A stretch of 64,000 nt of DNA, taken from contig NC_090382.1 of assembly GCF_036365525.1 (NCBI RefSeq), positions 27,314,219 to 27,378,218 on the forward strand, given 5' to 3'. Under the pieces are notes generated by a model. The model had not been told where the DNA came from, did no database searches, and saw only the letters and a list, made by a program, of their open reading frames with translations. Positions 25,954 through 39,220 of this stretch are shown here, piece after piece (positions within the stretch are counted from its first letter, which is position 1; each line of letters opens with the position of its first letter). The position numbers were made by a program, and so were the translations under genes. This DNA is from Heterodontus francisci. Taxonomy: Eukaryota.

Positions 25954-27060
25954 TGTTATGATCCTGTTAGGGACTGATAACTTTTCAAAAGAGAAAGTCG
26001 AATTCCCATTAATTACACCACAAGACTTCATGTTTTAAACAAAAATTTTACTGTACAAGAGTTAAACAAAGCAAAACACAACTAACTTAACACTGCAATT
26101 TGGAAGCACTTATATTTTAAACTTAAAATCTCAACAGAACATAAAGATGTATACTTCAATCTCTAAATCTCAGCAGAACACTCCTATTCGACTGTTACTT
26201 CCACCCCAAGAATTTCCTATAAGTTTTCCTGGGACCAATACTAAGTAACACAGCTCTTAGGAATTCACTTTGACTTCCTTAATTTCTCAGCAGCCTTCTG
26301 AGGTATGACATCACCTCCCGAATCTGGATTTCCCAGCTTGAGCACTTGCCTACCTCAAAACAGAAACACCCCTGGTTCCTGATAGCATCTTTGCTCCTAA
26401 GTCCAGCTGACCCCCAAAACGAACAGCTTTCCAAAAGCCAACCTGAAGCTAACTTACTGACTGTGTCAGCAAGCACACTGATCAAAAACCCAACAAGCAT
26501 CCCCTGTATCATCTATCACCATAAAATAGTGGTACATATGGGATGTCCCAGATAGCAATTTAAACTAATTATTTCCAACTCCAAATCTTCTCTTTGATTC
26601 CTGATATTCACATGAATAATTGATATTGCTAACAATGACAGAACAAATTCTCCTAGACTTTCTGGTTCCAACTAAACAAGACCACTTGTGCTTTTATGGC
26701 TCTCGCCTCTCTAACTCTGGCTCTGTAAGCACACATGGCAAGATTTTTTAAAAATTTTAAATATTCTGCTTGTTGTGGGAAATCATATGAATTATTTAAA
26801 CACCTGACTGAGGTAGCTGCAGACAAACCATCTCCATCAACAAGTTTAAGAGGCGTTCCTATTGTGTAGGGTCTTTACACTTTCCATTATGACCTTACTA
26901 AATAAACATGGACTACCCTTTGATTTATAACTACCCTAGGCTTGTTTGCCAGCTTCTCAAACCAGGTGTTTTCATTTGTCTTGCATTAGAAAAAATCAAT
27001 TCCCAAATTAAAAGTTACCTCTAGAAATTAACACAAACCATAAGCCAGGTGATTGTAACA
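25954..27060 (-). mobile_element. Solo LTR
   Basis: TGTTA...TAACA termini, about 1.1 kb, non-coding. The 4-bp flanks (tttc/tccc) match imperfectly. Confidence 0.6.
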
Positions 27061-27499
27061 TCCCGGCATCAGAATTTGCCGCTGTTGAATGAATGAGGCA
27101 GCAAAATGGAATATCCCAATTCTACCCAAACTTCTGGTCCTTCTGCTGACTCTTTGCTAAGAAGGAGCAGAATTTCAGAACTATCATTTTTTCCACAATA
27201 GGAATGATTATGGGAGGGTATTTTTATTTTAATGTTTTCTGAACTGTATTTCTTATAACTGACATCAGGAGGACAGATGTTAGAGCTGCTGCAATGGTTT
27301 CAGAAAACCTTGACAAAGAGAGGGAAAATGCAGGCAGCGGTCCCACTCTTAAGTGATATATACCCATCACCATTGGAACGTACATGCGCCTGGATGTCAA
27401 GTGAGGGAAGAACTGCCCTTGGTTGGGATCTCCCCAGTTGTCGAAAGGCCTACAATGGTGGCATTGATCACTATACAGATTTTTAGACCCTTTTGTGCC

Positions 27500-29125
27500 T
27501 CTATTTGAAGGAAAGATCTGTGCCTCAAGACATGCGTGACGCACATACAAAAACAAGGGGAATTGCAGTGACTGCAACAATTACTGAGGCACCTCTTTGC
27601 TAAGTATTATGGGGAAGGCTTTTACTCACATTGCTCTGACAAGATTGCAGACCCTAGCATCATGCATCTATCCTGACTCTCAGTGCAGCCTCAGAGCCAG
27701 CAGATCAACAGTCAACATGATTTTCTCACTTCGGCAGTTACAGGAGAAGTGCCGTGAACAGCGCATACCACTCTAGAAAACCTTCATAGACCTCAGCAAG
27801 GCCTTCGATCTTGTCAACAGAGACAGACTCTTCAAACTGCTGTGGAAAATAGGCTGCCATCCTGGTCTCCTGGGTATCATTGCTTCTTTCCACAAGAACA
27901 TGCATAGTTTTGTCAGTTACAATGGAGCAGCATCAGATGCTGTCAAGGTCAGCAGCGGGGTAAAGCAGGGCTGGGTCCTGGCACCAACTCTCTTTGGCGT
28001 ATTCTTCTCTATGCTGCTATTGTGCACTTCTTTAACTCAAATGTGGGTGTCCACCTGTATACCAGAGCTGACAGCAAGCTGTTCCACTTGGCACGACTGC
28101 GCGCCAAGACCAAAGTGTGTAAAGTCCTAGTTGCTGTTTACTGATGATGCTGCACTGACATCCCATAATGAAATTCACTTGCAGCAACTTGTAGATTGGT
28201 TTCCTCAGGACTGCAAGGAGTTTGGACTGTAATCAGCATCAGGTAGACCAAAGTCATGGGACAGGACGTAGAGACTACACATTCCATCAACATCAACAAC
28301 CTCACAATGGAGTTCGTTTACATCTTCACTACCTCGGATCAATAATCATCAGCAATCTGTCCCTTGATGCCGAAATCAGCACCAGGATTGCCAAAGCTGC
28401 AGCTGTCATGTCAAAGTTGAGAAGGTGAGTGTAGACCCACAGCAAACTAGCCAAAAACACAAAGCTTTGTGTGTACTAGGCTTGTCTTCTCAGCACACCC
28501 ACGTTTACTGTAGCGAAGCATGGACAACTTATGCAAGCTCAGAAAAATGGCTGAACAGCTTCCATCTTCGCTGCCTCAGATGAATATTGGGCATCTCCTG
28601 GCAGGACAGAGTGCCGAATACAGAAGTACACCAGCGTGCAGGGATCCTCAGCATGTTTGCCCTCGTGAGTCAGAGGCAATTCCATTGGCTGGGTCATGTG
28701 AGCCGAATGGATGACAGCCACATCCCCAAAGACATGCCCTATGGTGAGCTTGCCATCGGCACAAGACTAACAGGTCGCCCATGTCTGTGATACAAAGTTG
28801 CCTGCAAACGAGACCTTACGTTGACTGGCATCAGTGTCAATGCACGGGAAGTCCTTGCTGCTGACTGCAGTGCCTGGACCCAAGCAGTCAGGAAAGGCAT
28901 GGAAAAAGCAGAGGACAAAAGAAATGACCAGATGTTAGAAAAGAGAGCCCGACAGAAGGAAAAAGCATCAGTCAACCTTGGGCCAATATTATTCATCCGT
29001 GCCAGGTGTGGAAGGGATTGCCACTCACGAATCAGCCTCCTGAGCCTCAACAGATGTTGTTCAATCCAGAAGTGATGTACACCCCGGGCACAGTTCATCG
29101 TCTCCCGAGATAGATGAATGCCATC
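27500..29125 (+). mobile_element. RTE LINE, older and diverged subfamily, 5' truncated or deleted
   Basis: SGVKQGWVLAPTLFG, ISWQDRVPN, WLGHVSRMDD and a CGRDCHSRI knuckle, with many stops. Confidence 0.88.
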
Positions 29126-29284
29126 AATATTGACCTGATTGGCTTTTACTGCACTGCATTGAATGTGGTGTACAAGGCCCAAAAATTCACTGACCACAAG
29201 ATGATCTGCAAGATTCAGAAGTTATATGTAATAGTTCAACCCGAGAAAGTGCATACTAATGTGGGCCTTCTTAGAATGAATTAC

Positions 29285-29750
29285 AACAACTTCCATTTAG
29301 ATATTGCCTTTAACATAATGAATCATCCCAAGGTGCTTCTTAGAAGCATTATCAATAAAATTTGAAACTAAGCTGCCACATATTATGGCACATGACAAAA
29401 ATTTGGTCAAAGAGGTAGGTTTTAAGGAACATCTTAAAGGAGGAGGGAGAAGTAGAGAAGCAAATTGATGTAGGAATTCCAGAGCTTATGACCTAGGCAA
29501 CACAAGGCACAACTGCCAATGGTGAAGTGATGAAAATTAGGGGTGCTTAGGAGCCCAAATTGGAGAAGCACGAGATTTCAGGTGGTTGTAGGGCTGGAGG
29601 AGATTACAGAGATAGAGAAGAGTGAGGCCATGGAGCAATTTGAAATCCAAGGTTAGAATTTTAAAATCAAGGTGTTGCCAGACTGTGAGCCAATGTAGGT
29701 CAGCAAGCACAGGAGTAATGGGTGAATGGTACTTGTTGTGATATGAGTTG
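29285..29750 (-). mobile_element. L2-like LINE 3' fragment
   Basis: HSPITPVLADLHWL...DFKIL motif in ORF 29537-29899, followed by an L2 tail. Confidence 0.7.
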
Positions 29751-30937
29751 ATTTGGAAAGATACATTGAATGCAATATTGGAGGACTTCCAGTCACTGCG
29801 GGACCACACCCCAGTGTGAATCAGCACCTTTGAGGGAGGGAGCTTGGAATAAAAGGAAAAAGCAAAGCGAAACATGAAAGTTATTATTACCTGAGGCACT
29901 CCTAGGACTGAGTGAAATTAACAACTTGTCCCAGGTCTGCACACCTGAATATTTTAACAACGAAGAACTATTGAATCATAAAATAAATCAACTTTCTGTT
30001 CTCTTCCATAAGTGGTATAAACGTGATCATGAGTTAGTCTGCTAGGCACAAGATCTCCCCTTCTTGCTGTATAAGCAGTACTTTGGCATGGATCCTTGGC
30101 ATTTTTCCAGTAGGGCTGGTTTCTCCTGCTCATTCCAACATCTCATGATAAGACTTTTGTATAATTAGCTGGTGTCGGTTGAATGTTCAAAGCACATTGC
30201 CTGAAAGGTGCCTGCTCGAATTTTGAGACAGACAAAAGAAAGAAAGCTTTGCATTTATATAGCACCTTTCATGACCTCACAACATCCCATTGCTTTACAA
30301 CCAATGAAGCACTATTTGAAGTGTAGTCACTGTTGTAAGTTCAGAAACACAGCATGTTTTGCTCTATTTCTTGATTATAATGACCCTAAATCAAATGACT
30401 TTGGACAGTCTCATTACACAGACTTGAGCTCACAGCTGAAATCCAGGAATTAATAGCAAATTTATCACTTCATTTTATTCCCTTCCTTGCTGATGAACAT
30501 TTTCAGAGTTTATGGGAGGAGTTTTAACTACGAGGTGGGAAAGAAGCCAGTGAACACTTGGATTATCAGGGAGTTGCAGTGGGAGGCCAAGCTGAATTTA
30601 GCAGCCGGGCCATATTAACATGTCACTGGCTGACTTGCTAACCAAGACTACTGGAGAGTCATTGGGAAGTGGCAGCCTGGCCAATAAAATCAGGCAGCTT
30701 AGAGTCAAGATAAAAGGAAGAACTGCCTTTCATGAGCAAAAGTACTTTTGAAGTATTGTTGTAATATGTTGTAATGTAGGAAACAGAGCAGCCAATTTAT
30801 GCACAGTAAGATGGCACAAACTGCACCAGCTAAAGACCAGATAATCTGTTGTTTAGTGATGCTGGCTGAGAGATAAATATTGGCCATGTCAGCAAGAATA
30901 ACTCCAATTTTCTTCTTCACAATAGTGCTGTGAGACC

Positions 30938-31194
30938 TGATACATTACTGGGTTTGTATTAATAGCATTGTAGGGTGTTCTAGAGAAAGTCTTAGACTCC
31001 GATAAAGGTTAACTAACAACTCTTTATTACTTACAGTTAATATATACACTCTCCACAAGCCACCTAAGCTAGCATCCTTTGTGCTGCTATATCTTCTCCA
31101 TCCTATCTTATGTGAGTGCTACATCATTGCTTGTACAGTGAGAGGGGTGTATCTCACTGTCTTCGGTATTAACCCTTTACATCCTTATACTACA
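30938..31194 (-). mobile_element. Short (257 bp) solo Gypsy-type LTR inserted in a Deu-SINE
   Basis: TG...CA termini and a 5-bp TSD agacc/ggacc. The Deu-SINE resumes on both sides (30730-30937 and 31195-31390). Confidence 0.75.
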
Positions 31195-33337
31195 GGACCT
31201 TTTACATCCACCTGAGAGGGTAGACAGGGCCTTGGTTTAACAGATCATCTAAAGAAAGCACTTTCAACAGTACAGCACTCCCTGAATAATGCACCGAAGT
31301 GTCAAGCTGGATTATGTGCCCAAGCCTCTGGAGTGGGGCTTGAACCTACAAACCTCTAACTCAGAAACAAGAGTGCTGCCCACTGAGTCTGAGCAAGGAT
31401 AGGGATGTGGGGATTAGGTGTTCAGGAACAGTCAGTGGTTTAGAAGGAGTCAGAATCCAAGGGAGGCCTACACTTTCCTAGTGGGACCAAAGGAGCACAC
31501 CTGTTCCTCCAGGGGCCCTCAAACGAAATAAAGACACTTACCTTAAGTGGCCTCTTCTGGTGATCAGAAAATCTACAGTGACTTTCCTGCTTGGGCCAAG
31601 GTTAAAATGGCAACTGGTTTCCAGTAATGTTACCGGGACCCAATCTGCATATTTAATGATGGACCCCACCAGCTTTAAGTGGGTGCCCTTGCCACCTGCA
31701 ATTTAAAATTGCAGTCGGGGGATTGGGGCAGGAGGGGGAAGTGAATATTTTACCCATTAGTGTCAAAATATTTTCTCCCCAAGTTTAGTAACCATATTGA
31801 AAGGAATGTTTCCATTATTCCTTCCCTGTCTTGTTTGCCAATCTTCCCTCAGTGTCTTGACTGCATGCCACCTCTTCAATTGCCAAAGTGTTGTCAATGG
31901 GCTGTCTCCAAAATAAGCCAGGTGGTAATGCCATCCTGGTGATGGGAATTTTTAAATGGCTTATTCAGGGTAGCAGAAAGGATCATTAGTGACACAAGAG
32001 TTCAGGATTTTAACTGTTGGGCTAGGGAGGTACTGAAAGAGGTCAGGAGTTTCTGGGAAACTTGATGGCAAATATCTTGAGGCACATTAATGTATCTCCA
32101 CACAGCTGAACTGAGTGGCATTAACAGAAACATGAGACCAAGATGCCTGCCCACACTTTTGGATGAGGAATAGACCAAGTTAAAAACAATGGAACCTGAT
32201 CCTTAGGATTGAAATCAGGAGAAACTAAGTCTAAGAAGTTTTGCAACTCGTGATGCCACAAAGCTAGCAGGTCAGCCATGTGATCTTCCTTCTTTTGCGC
32301 TGTATACCAGGAGATGGCAGCTCAAAAATTCTGTCCTGTCCTCTCAACAGTTTTTCTCAACATAGGGGTGTTTAACTTTGATGTTGGTGTAAAATGGGTG
32401 ATATTGAATTGGCCGCACATTATACATCCAAACGATTTTCCCTTCCATTGATTTCAATGGCAAAATTAGACCCACATAGTCAGACATGCTCCCTTCCTCA
32501 ATGCTACCACCAACTGCAACCAAAATGTCTCCACAAACAACTGAGAAAGAGGCAGAGTGTCTTTCCTTACTTTAATTTACATTTTTTTAAAAAGTTGAAT
32601 TTGAAAGCAAACAGTATTTGAGGGAAAAGATTAGGAGGGGAGGAGGAGAGTAGTTTAGGGGTGTATTTATGGCCTAGTGCATGCAAGTAAAGACTTGTGT
32701 TCTCAGGAGAGCTGCCATGATGTCTTCACTTTAAAGTATTTCACCATGACTTTTCTCTTTCATCCAGAAAGGCAAGTCCCTGAGTAGCTCCTGAGATGAC
32801 AAGGCTTTCTTCTGCAGTCAGAGCTATGGCATGTAGCTGGTTTCCCAGGAGCGGAGCACTGGTATAGAGAGGCCCAGTCAACATCCAAAGTAATAATTGA
32901 ACACACCACTGCCAAATGCACTTCAGGTACCTAGATTGACCTGGAGATGCCCTACAATATAGTCCAGCTGCTGCACAACTTTATTTTACAATTAGCCCTT
33001 ATAGAACCAGAGCAAGATAAGAATTCTTATTAAGTAATGTTGCTGTGATCTGGAATGCACTGTCTGAAAGGGTGGTGGAAACAGATTCAATATAACTTTC
33101 CAAAGGAAATTTGTTCCTAGTAGAGAGAGTTCCAGATTTCCACCATCCTTTGTGTGAACAAATGCTTCCTGATTTCACTCCTAAATGGCTTAGCTGTAAT
33201 TTTAAGATCATGTCCTCTTGTTCTTGATACCTGCAACAGAGAAAATAGCTTATCTGTATCTACCCCTATTGAATCCTTTTATCATTTCACACACCTCAAT
33301 TAGATCAATGCTTAACCATCTAAACTCAAGGAAAAAA

Positions 33338-33660
33338 GCCAAAAGCAAAATACTGTGGATGCTGGAAATATGAAATAAAAACAGAATGCTGGAAATACAC
33401 TGTAGGTCTGGACAGAGAAACAGAGTTAAAATTTTAGGTGAGTGACCCTTCATTGGAACTGGTAAAAGTTAGAAATATAATAGGCTTTAAGCAGGTTAAA
33501 CAGGGGAGGGTGCAAAAAGGCCAAAAGGGAAGGTCTGTGATAGGGTGGAAGTCAGGAGAAATTAAATGAGAAAAGAGTTAGTGGGGCAGAGCCAAAGGGA
33601 ATAATAATGGTACAAGTAAAGGGACAAAAGATGCATCCAGAGGAGGTGTGAATGGCAGAA
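33338..33660 (-). mobile_element. Penelope-like terminal repeat fragment inside a CR1 remnant
   Basis: aaaagcaaaatactgtggatgctggaaat...acagagttaa...ccttcatt; the reverse complement recurs at 59438-59565 and a same-strand partial copy at 24905-24960. The family assignment is from memory. Confidence 0.45.
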
Positions 33661-34644
33661 TAAAAGCAAAGTTTATTCAACCCAACCTGTCATTATTTAA
33701 CCCTTTCAGCCCAATCTGGCGAATTTGTACTGTACCCTTCCTGAAGTTTGGTGCCTAAAACTGAATTTGGTCTCTAATAGGGGCCTGACCAATGTCTGCA
33801 CAATTGAAGCATCACTTCCTCACTTATTATGTTCCAGTTTAATTCAGATAAATTCTGACCTTCTTTCAAAGTGCCAGCACAGCCATGATGAACCGAATGG
33901 CCTCTTTCTGTGCCGTATGATTCGGTTACACTCTTTGATTTCGCTTTATACTTTTGCACTTGTTTTTAGTGATTTGTGTACTTGGACACCTAAAATCCCT
34001 TTGGTTCTCCACAGCTCCTACTCTCTCTGCATTAAGAAAATATTTGTCTCTCAGATCCAAAGTGCGTTCAGTCATATCTTCCCACAGTGATCTCCACTTG
34101 CCATAGTTTTTCCCCACTCAGTCAATAAATGCAGTTTTGCCCACATCGTGAGATTAAATAATAAAACTTTATTTCTTGTGAGGTTGTCAATGTTCTGAGA
34201 TGAAAGACACAACTAAACTCATCTTTCTCTTCTGCAATTGTTACTGAATATTTAAAACTCTAACTATCTAATAACAGATAATCAAACAGACCTCAGAATA
34301 ATAAAGGTTTGGATAGTACAGTTTTAATAACATGGCATCAACTTAATGTTCTTGTCAAACTGCGTGGACACAGATTGCAAAAGCACTTTATGTTTCCACC
34401 CTTTTATTGCTTCAAGGTTAAGCTAAGGTCTCTGTAATTGGTGAACACTGGCTTAAGTTGCAGAACAAATTGCAGCTTAAGTGATACCTATTTAAAAGCT
34501 TTGGATGTTTGAAAGTTCTTTCCAAATTGACATTTAATCTCTCTATTGCAGACACAACCAGTTTCTCTATCCTGCAGAAATGTCCAGGGGAATAGAATGT
34601 CACCTTGTCATTTGTGATTGTATTTTGTTGGAATGCTAGGTATG

Positions 34645-35056
34645 GGCTCAGTATTGCACACTCAACTCTGAGTTAGAAGGTTGTGTATTCCAGTCCCACA
34701 TCAAAGAATTGAGCACAAAATCTAGGCTGACATCCCAGTGCAGTAATAAGGGAATGCTGTACTGTCAAAGGTGTCATCTTTTGGTTGAGAGGTTAAATCG
34801 AGGCCTGGCCTATTCTATCAGATAGATGTAGAAAGTCCCAGGCTATTATTTTGAAGGGAGGGCAAGTTTTTCCGAGTATCAGCGTCAATCAACATTACTG
34901 AAACAAGCTATCTGGTCATTCACTCATTGCTGTGTGTAGGGCCTACTTGTTCACAAATTGTCTGCTGCATTTCCTATATTACAACAATGACTATACTTCA
35001 GTGGTTGTAAAACACTAAAGTGATGAAAGGTGCTATAGAAATGCAAGTCTCCTTTT
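34645..35056 (+). mobile_element. Deu-SINE (SacSINE1-like)
   Basis: Head, Deu core and gctatagaaatgcaagtc tail. Confidence 0.7.
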
Positions 35057-36894
35057 TTAACCACCACAACTTTCATAGTGGCAAATAAGAAATGGATGGT
35101 AGTTGTCTTTATATTTAAGATCAAAAGGGAATAGAAAGCAAATAAAGGCCCATTCAGCCTCTTCCTTTCTCACACACAACAAGCAGTCTCCCCTGTTACA
35201 GTTTTCACCTATGTACATTTCTCTGATCTCCACATCCAAAACATGCATCTAAGTCATACAAGGGATGATTCCTTCACACTCCTTGACATTACAGTGGCTC
35301 ATCAAATCAATTATGAGCCTGCCTACTTCTGGCATATGAACAGAGGATAGAATGGGACCAGCTAGTCCATCAACCTTGTCCTATCCCACATGGTGCAAAC
35401 TACTCACACTATTAAGCCAGTTCGACTCCACCCCAATTTTCTCCACATAAACTCCTGGGAGAAACAAATAAAGAACAGCAAGGAAAAGTCTTGGGCCAAT
35501 TTAGAAAAAAGAAGATTCTGGGAATTTCCTCTCCGACACCTGTAGGTGATTAAGCAAGTTCAAGGAGACTGGTACAACTACCTCCATGAACTAATCTACA
35601 TTCTGTAACATGAGATGTTGTCAACTAGCAGGAACCTGTCCAGTTCTCTTTAAGATACTGGGAGTGAATCCACACCCAAGCTTTTTTCACTGAGCAGTCA
35701 ACTCTTTGTACTTGACTCCTGGGGCAGGATTTTCCCTGCGGGCTGTAGGACCCCACCGTCAGGCTCAAACAGGGGTCAGAAGCCCGCACTGGGTGGGAAT
35801 CAGTCACTTATCTATGAATTTCCCCAAATTGGCCAATTAATGGCCAGAGGGAAGCTTGCCTTCCAATTAAGGATCGAGGGCAGGCTCTGAAAGCTGGAGA
35901 GCCAATTGGAGGCCTTCCAGCTTGGAAGAATCAGCAGAATGCCTTTGCAGATAAGTGATGGAGAGGGCGTCCCAAAAGGGTAGCCTGCAACTGTAACTGA
36001 GCCCAGGCAGGTGGAGGTGGAGGGGTGCCTCTAAGCCTGCCTGAAGTGCTGGCCCCCTGGTCTGCTGCTGGGAGACCAGCTCAATGCAGTTGCATTGTCC
36101 TCCGCCACCTATGGGGACACTGCCACTTCCAAGCAGTTTTGCATTGACCCAAAAGTCACAGGGACCAATCTCAGTGGGAAAGTTGCATGTGAAGGCAACA
36201 CTGGGATTGCAAACCAGCACCACAGGGTTGTAGCCAACTCCAAGGTAGCAATGTGGCTTCCCATGCGAAGTCGGAGTCAGATGCAACATGTTTTTCTGGT
36301 ACAAAAGACATTCAGTAATCATGCTCAGCAATTGCGTGTATTTGAAGATAGAAGCCAAATAAACAATGGGGTATTCGCCTCATGGGACAGGCATACCCAG
36401 AGTGCAGCCCATGATGTTAGAACTTATTTAGACAACAGCTTTCTCCAAAGCTGAACCTTTTCAGATTGGGAAAATAAAATCTTTGATAGACTTTGTAAAG
36501 GGACAAAATCACATTGCATAATACTCATAATAAAAATTGTAGTCATTTCTCCACTGGTTATCTGAAATCATCAACCTCTTTTTGCATCTTCTGATAATGT
36601 GGTGAAAAGACCAACTGCCCAGATTTACTGGTCGAAATTTTTCTACTTTGTCAATCATGCCTTCTAAAATATGTTCCCACTTTTTAAAAAAAAACTTCAA
36701 CTAATTTTGGTTGAGATTCAGGATTTTTCTGTAGTGGAGGATCAGTCAGCATCATTTTACAGAGTTGGAATGAGCTTTCACACTCTTGAATCGACTTTCT
36801 TATGATTTCCCTTTTCTAGGTGTTGGAGGGTGAGAACAAAGGGGGTCGTAGACTGAAACTTAAACCTTGGTCTGACTGTAAAAGGGGAAGTAAA

Positions 36895-38250
36895 AGATTG
36901 ATAAGGATATACTTATCAGGAAAGATTGAAGAGGCTGGAGCTCTTTTCTAGAAAAGAGAAGGCTGAGTAGTGCACCGATAGAGACCTTTAGATTTATGAA
37001 TGTATTTGATAGGGTAGTGTTACGGCCGACCGCTCCTGTCAAAGTCTCCAATCAAAATATATGATTCTGACTGTGGTGGGAGAGATGCACTGATAATTCA
37101 ATCTTGTCGCTCCACAGATCGCCTAACATATCATTTAAAAACTTTCCAAATTAAAGAAATACCCAACCAAATTGTACCATCTATTAACCCCCGAATGAGG
37201 CTAACCAAACCAGGTGTCTTTCAATAAACAAATTAACTCTTTAATTAGAAGAACTAAGTTCTTAAACACTATGAAGATATAAACAACATTTAAATAGAAA
37301 AAAATTAGAGTCCTTGCGAACTTACAGTCCAATGTTGCTTGAAGTCCTCACAGGATGTTCCTCAAAGTCCTCACAGAATGTTGCTTTCCTTCTCCAGCGA
37401 ATTTCAACAATTAATGACTTGCAAACACTTTCAACAGAATCAATCTGACTTTAGAGTTTTTGAGGGAAAAAAGATTGTCACAGTCTAACTTCTCTTTCTT
37501 AAATTTAAATTAACAGAGATCTCTGTTTTGGCTTGATGTTTTAGAATTTTGAGAGATAATAATTAAACAGACTAAAATCCTATTCCTTCTGTTTAAATGG
37601 CTGAGAGCTCATTCTCAGGTGTGCTCATCACAGCTGTCTGTGTCTTCCGTCTGTGTGTTGGTTAGAACAAACTGTCTTCCTAACAGCCAGTTCAAAACTG
37701 AATTGTGACAATTGTATCACATCAGGCTCACTCCCAGTGGCTATTTCTATAGTAACAAGAATGCACCCTTTGAATCACAGTTTCCAAATGGCTGTTTCTA
37801 AGGCAACAAAAATGCATCTTCCTATAACTCCTAAGGCTTGTCGGCTCTTAAAGCAATTCTGATCCCTTGCAAGACTTAAAGGCAAAGCGCATATTCCGAA
37901 AAAAAAAACTACAGGACCATGACAGTAGACATAGAGGAAGATGTTTCCACTTGTGGGGAATCTAAAACCAGGGGCCATAAGTAAGAGATAGTCACCAATT
38001 AAACCAATAGGGAATACAGGAGAAATTATTTTACCCAGAGAATGTAGAACTCGCTACCACAAGGAGAAGTTGAGGCAAATAGCATAGATGCATTTAATGG
38101 AAGCTCAGTAAGCACATGAGGGAGAAAGAAATGGAAGGATATGCTGATAGAGTTAGGTGAAGATAAGTGCGAGAAGGCTAGTATGGAGCACAACATTGGC
38201 ATAGACCTGTAGACTGAATGGTCTGTCTCTGGCCTGTACATTCTATGTAA
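36895..38250 (+). mobile_element. CR1 3' fragment interrupted by a solo LTR
   Basis: CR1 sequence reads contiguously across the LTR (gatagggtag|gtagacatagaggaagatgtttccact). Confidence 0.75.
37018..37924 (-). mobile_element. Solo LTR (907 bp) with a perfect 4-bp TSD
   Basis: TGTTAC...ATGACA termini and GTAG duplicated at 37014-37017 and 37925-37928. Confidence 0.85.
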
Positions 38251-39220
38251 TTGAGAAGTTCTTCAAACTCACTGCTCAAGAGTTATCAAAGTACAGAAAA
38301 AAATTGGACAAATCTATGATATGCTCCCTGCCAACATGTGAAACTTGAGCCTTGTGGATATATTTGAAGCTAAGAACTTATATTTCAGTTCAGGAAGAAT
38401 TCTGTATCTGGGTGTCATCCATTTTGGACCAAAAATGATTAGATCCTAGTCGTATTTACATGGTGAAAAGCTTGGAACAGTGGAAAGAGATTCAGTGGTC
38501 CATCTGCACAGATCATTAAAATTAAGTAGTCAGGTAAAAAAAAATGATCAAGAAAGATCATGGAATGTTAGCTATTTTAACTTGAGGGCTAGAATATACT
38601 ACAGCTGTAGATAGCCCTGATTAGACCACATCTGAAGTACATTACTGGGCACTGCGCCTTAGAAAGGATATATCGGCCTTGGAAAGAAATTCTCATTCAC
38701 GCAATAAGTGGTAGAAGTGTGCAACTCTCTGCCACAAATAGCAGTAGATGTTAGCTCAATGAAAATTTTAAAATAGCTTTTTTCTAGTCTAGAATATTTA
38801 GGGGAGATGGAGTCAAGGCAGGAGAATGGAGTTAGGATTGTACGAATCTGTAACTTTGAGTGAAATTTGTAGTTGAGATTTCTGAGGCTATCCAACCCAG
38901 GAGCATCAATAGTTTAAATGAAATATGGAAAGCTATGTTGCACACAGGTATACAGAAAACTGACCAAATCTGACCAGCATGCATTGTGAAAACCAAAAAG
39001 GCATTTCGAACTAAAGTAACCTGTTAACAGCTACAAGCTGTTTTCATTACAGTCACTGGTGAAAAATTACTTTAAGGCCATGGAATGTTTAGCAACAAGC
39101 AGAAAAGTTGTAAAAATCAAATCGAAACCAATAAACAGACATACTTCCAATCTATGTTTTGCTTTGATGTCAGTTTAGAACTTTGGAGAAGCTTCACATT
39201 CACAAAAACATGGAGTTAAG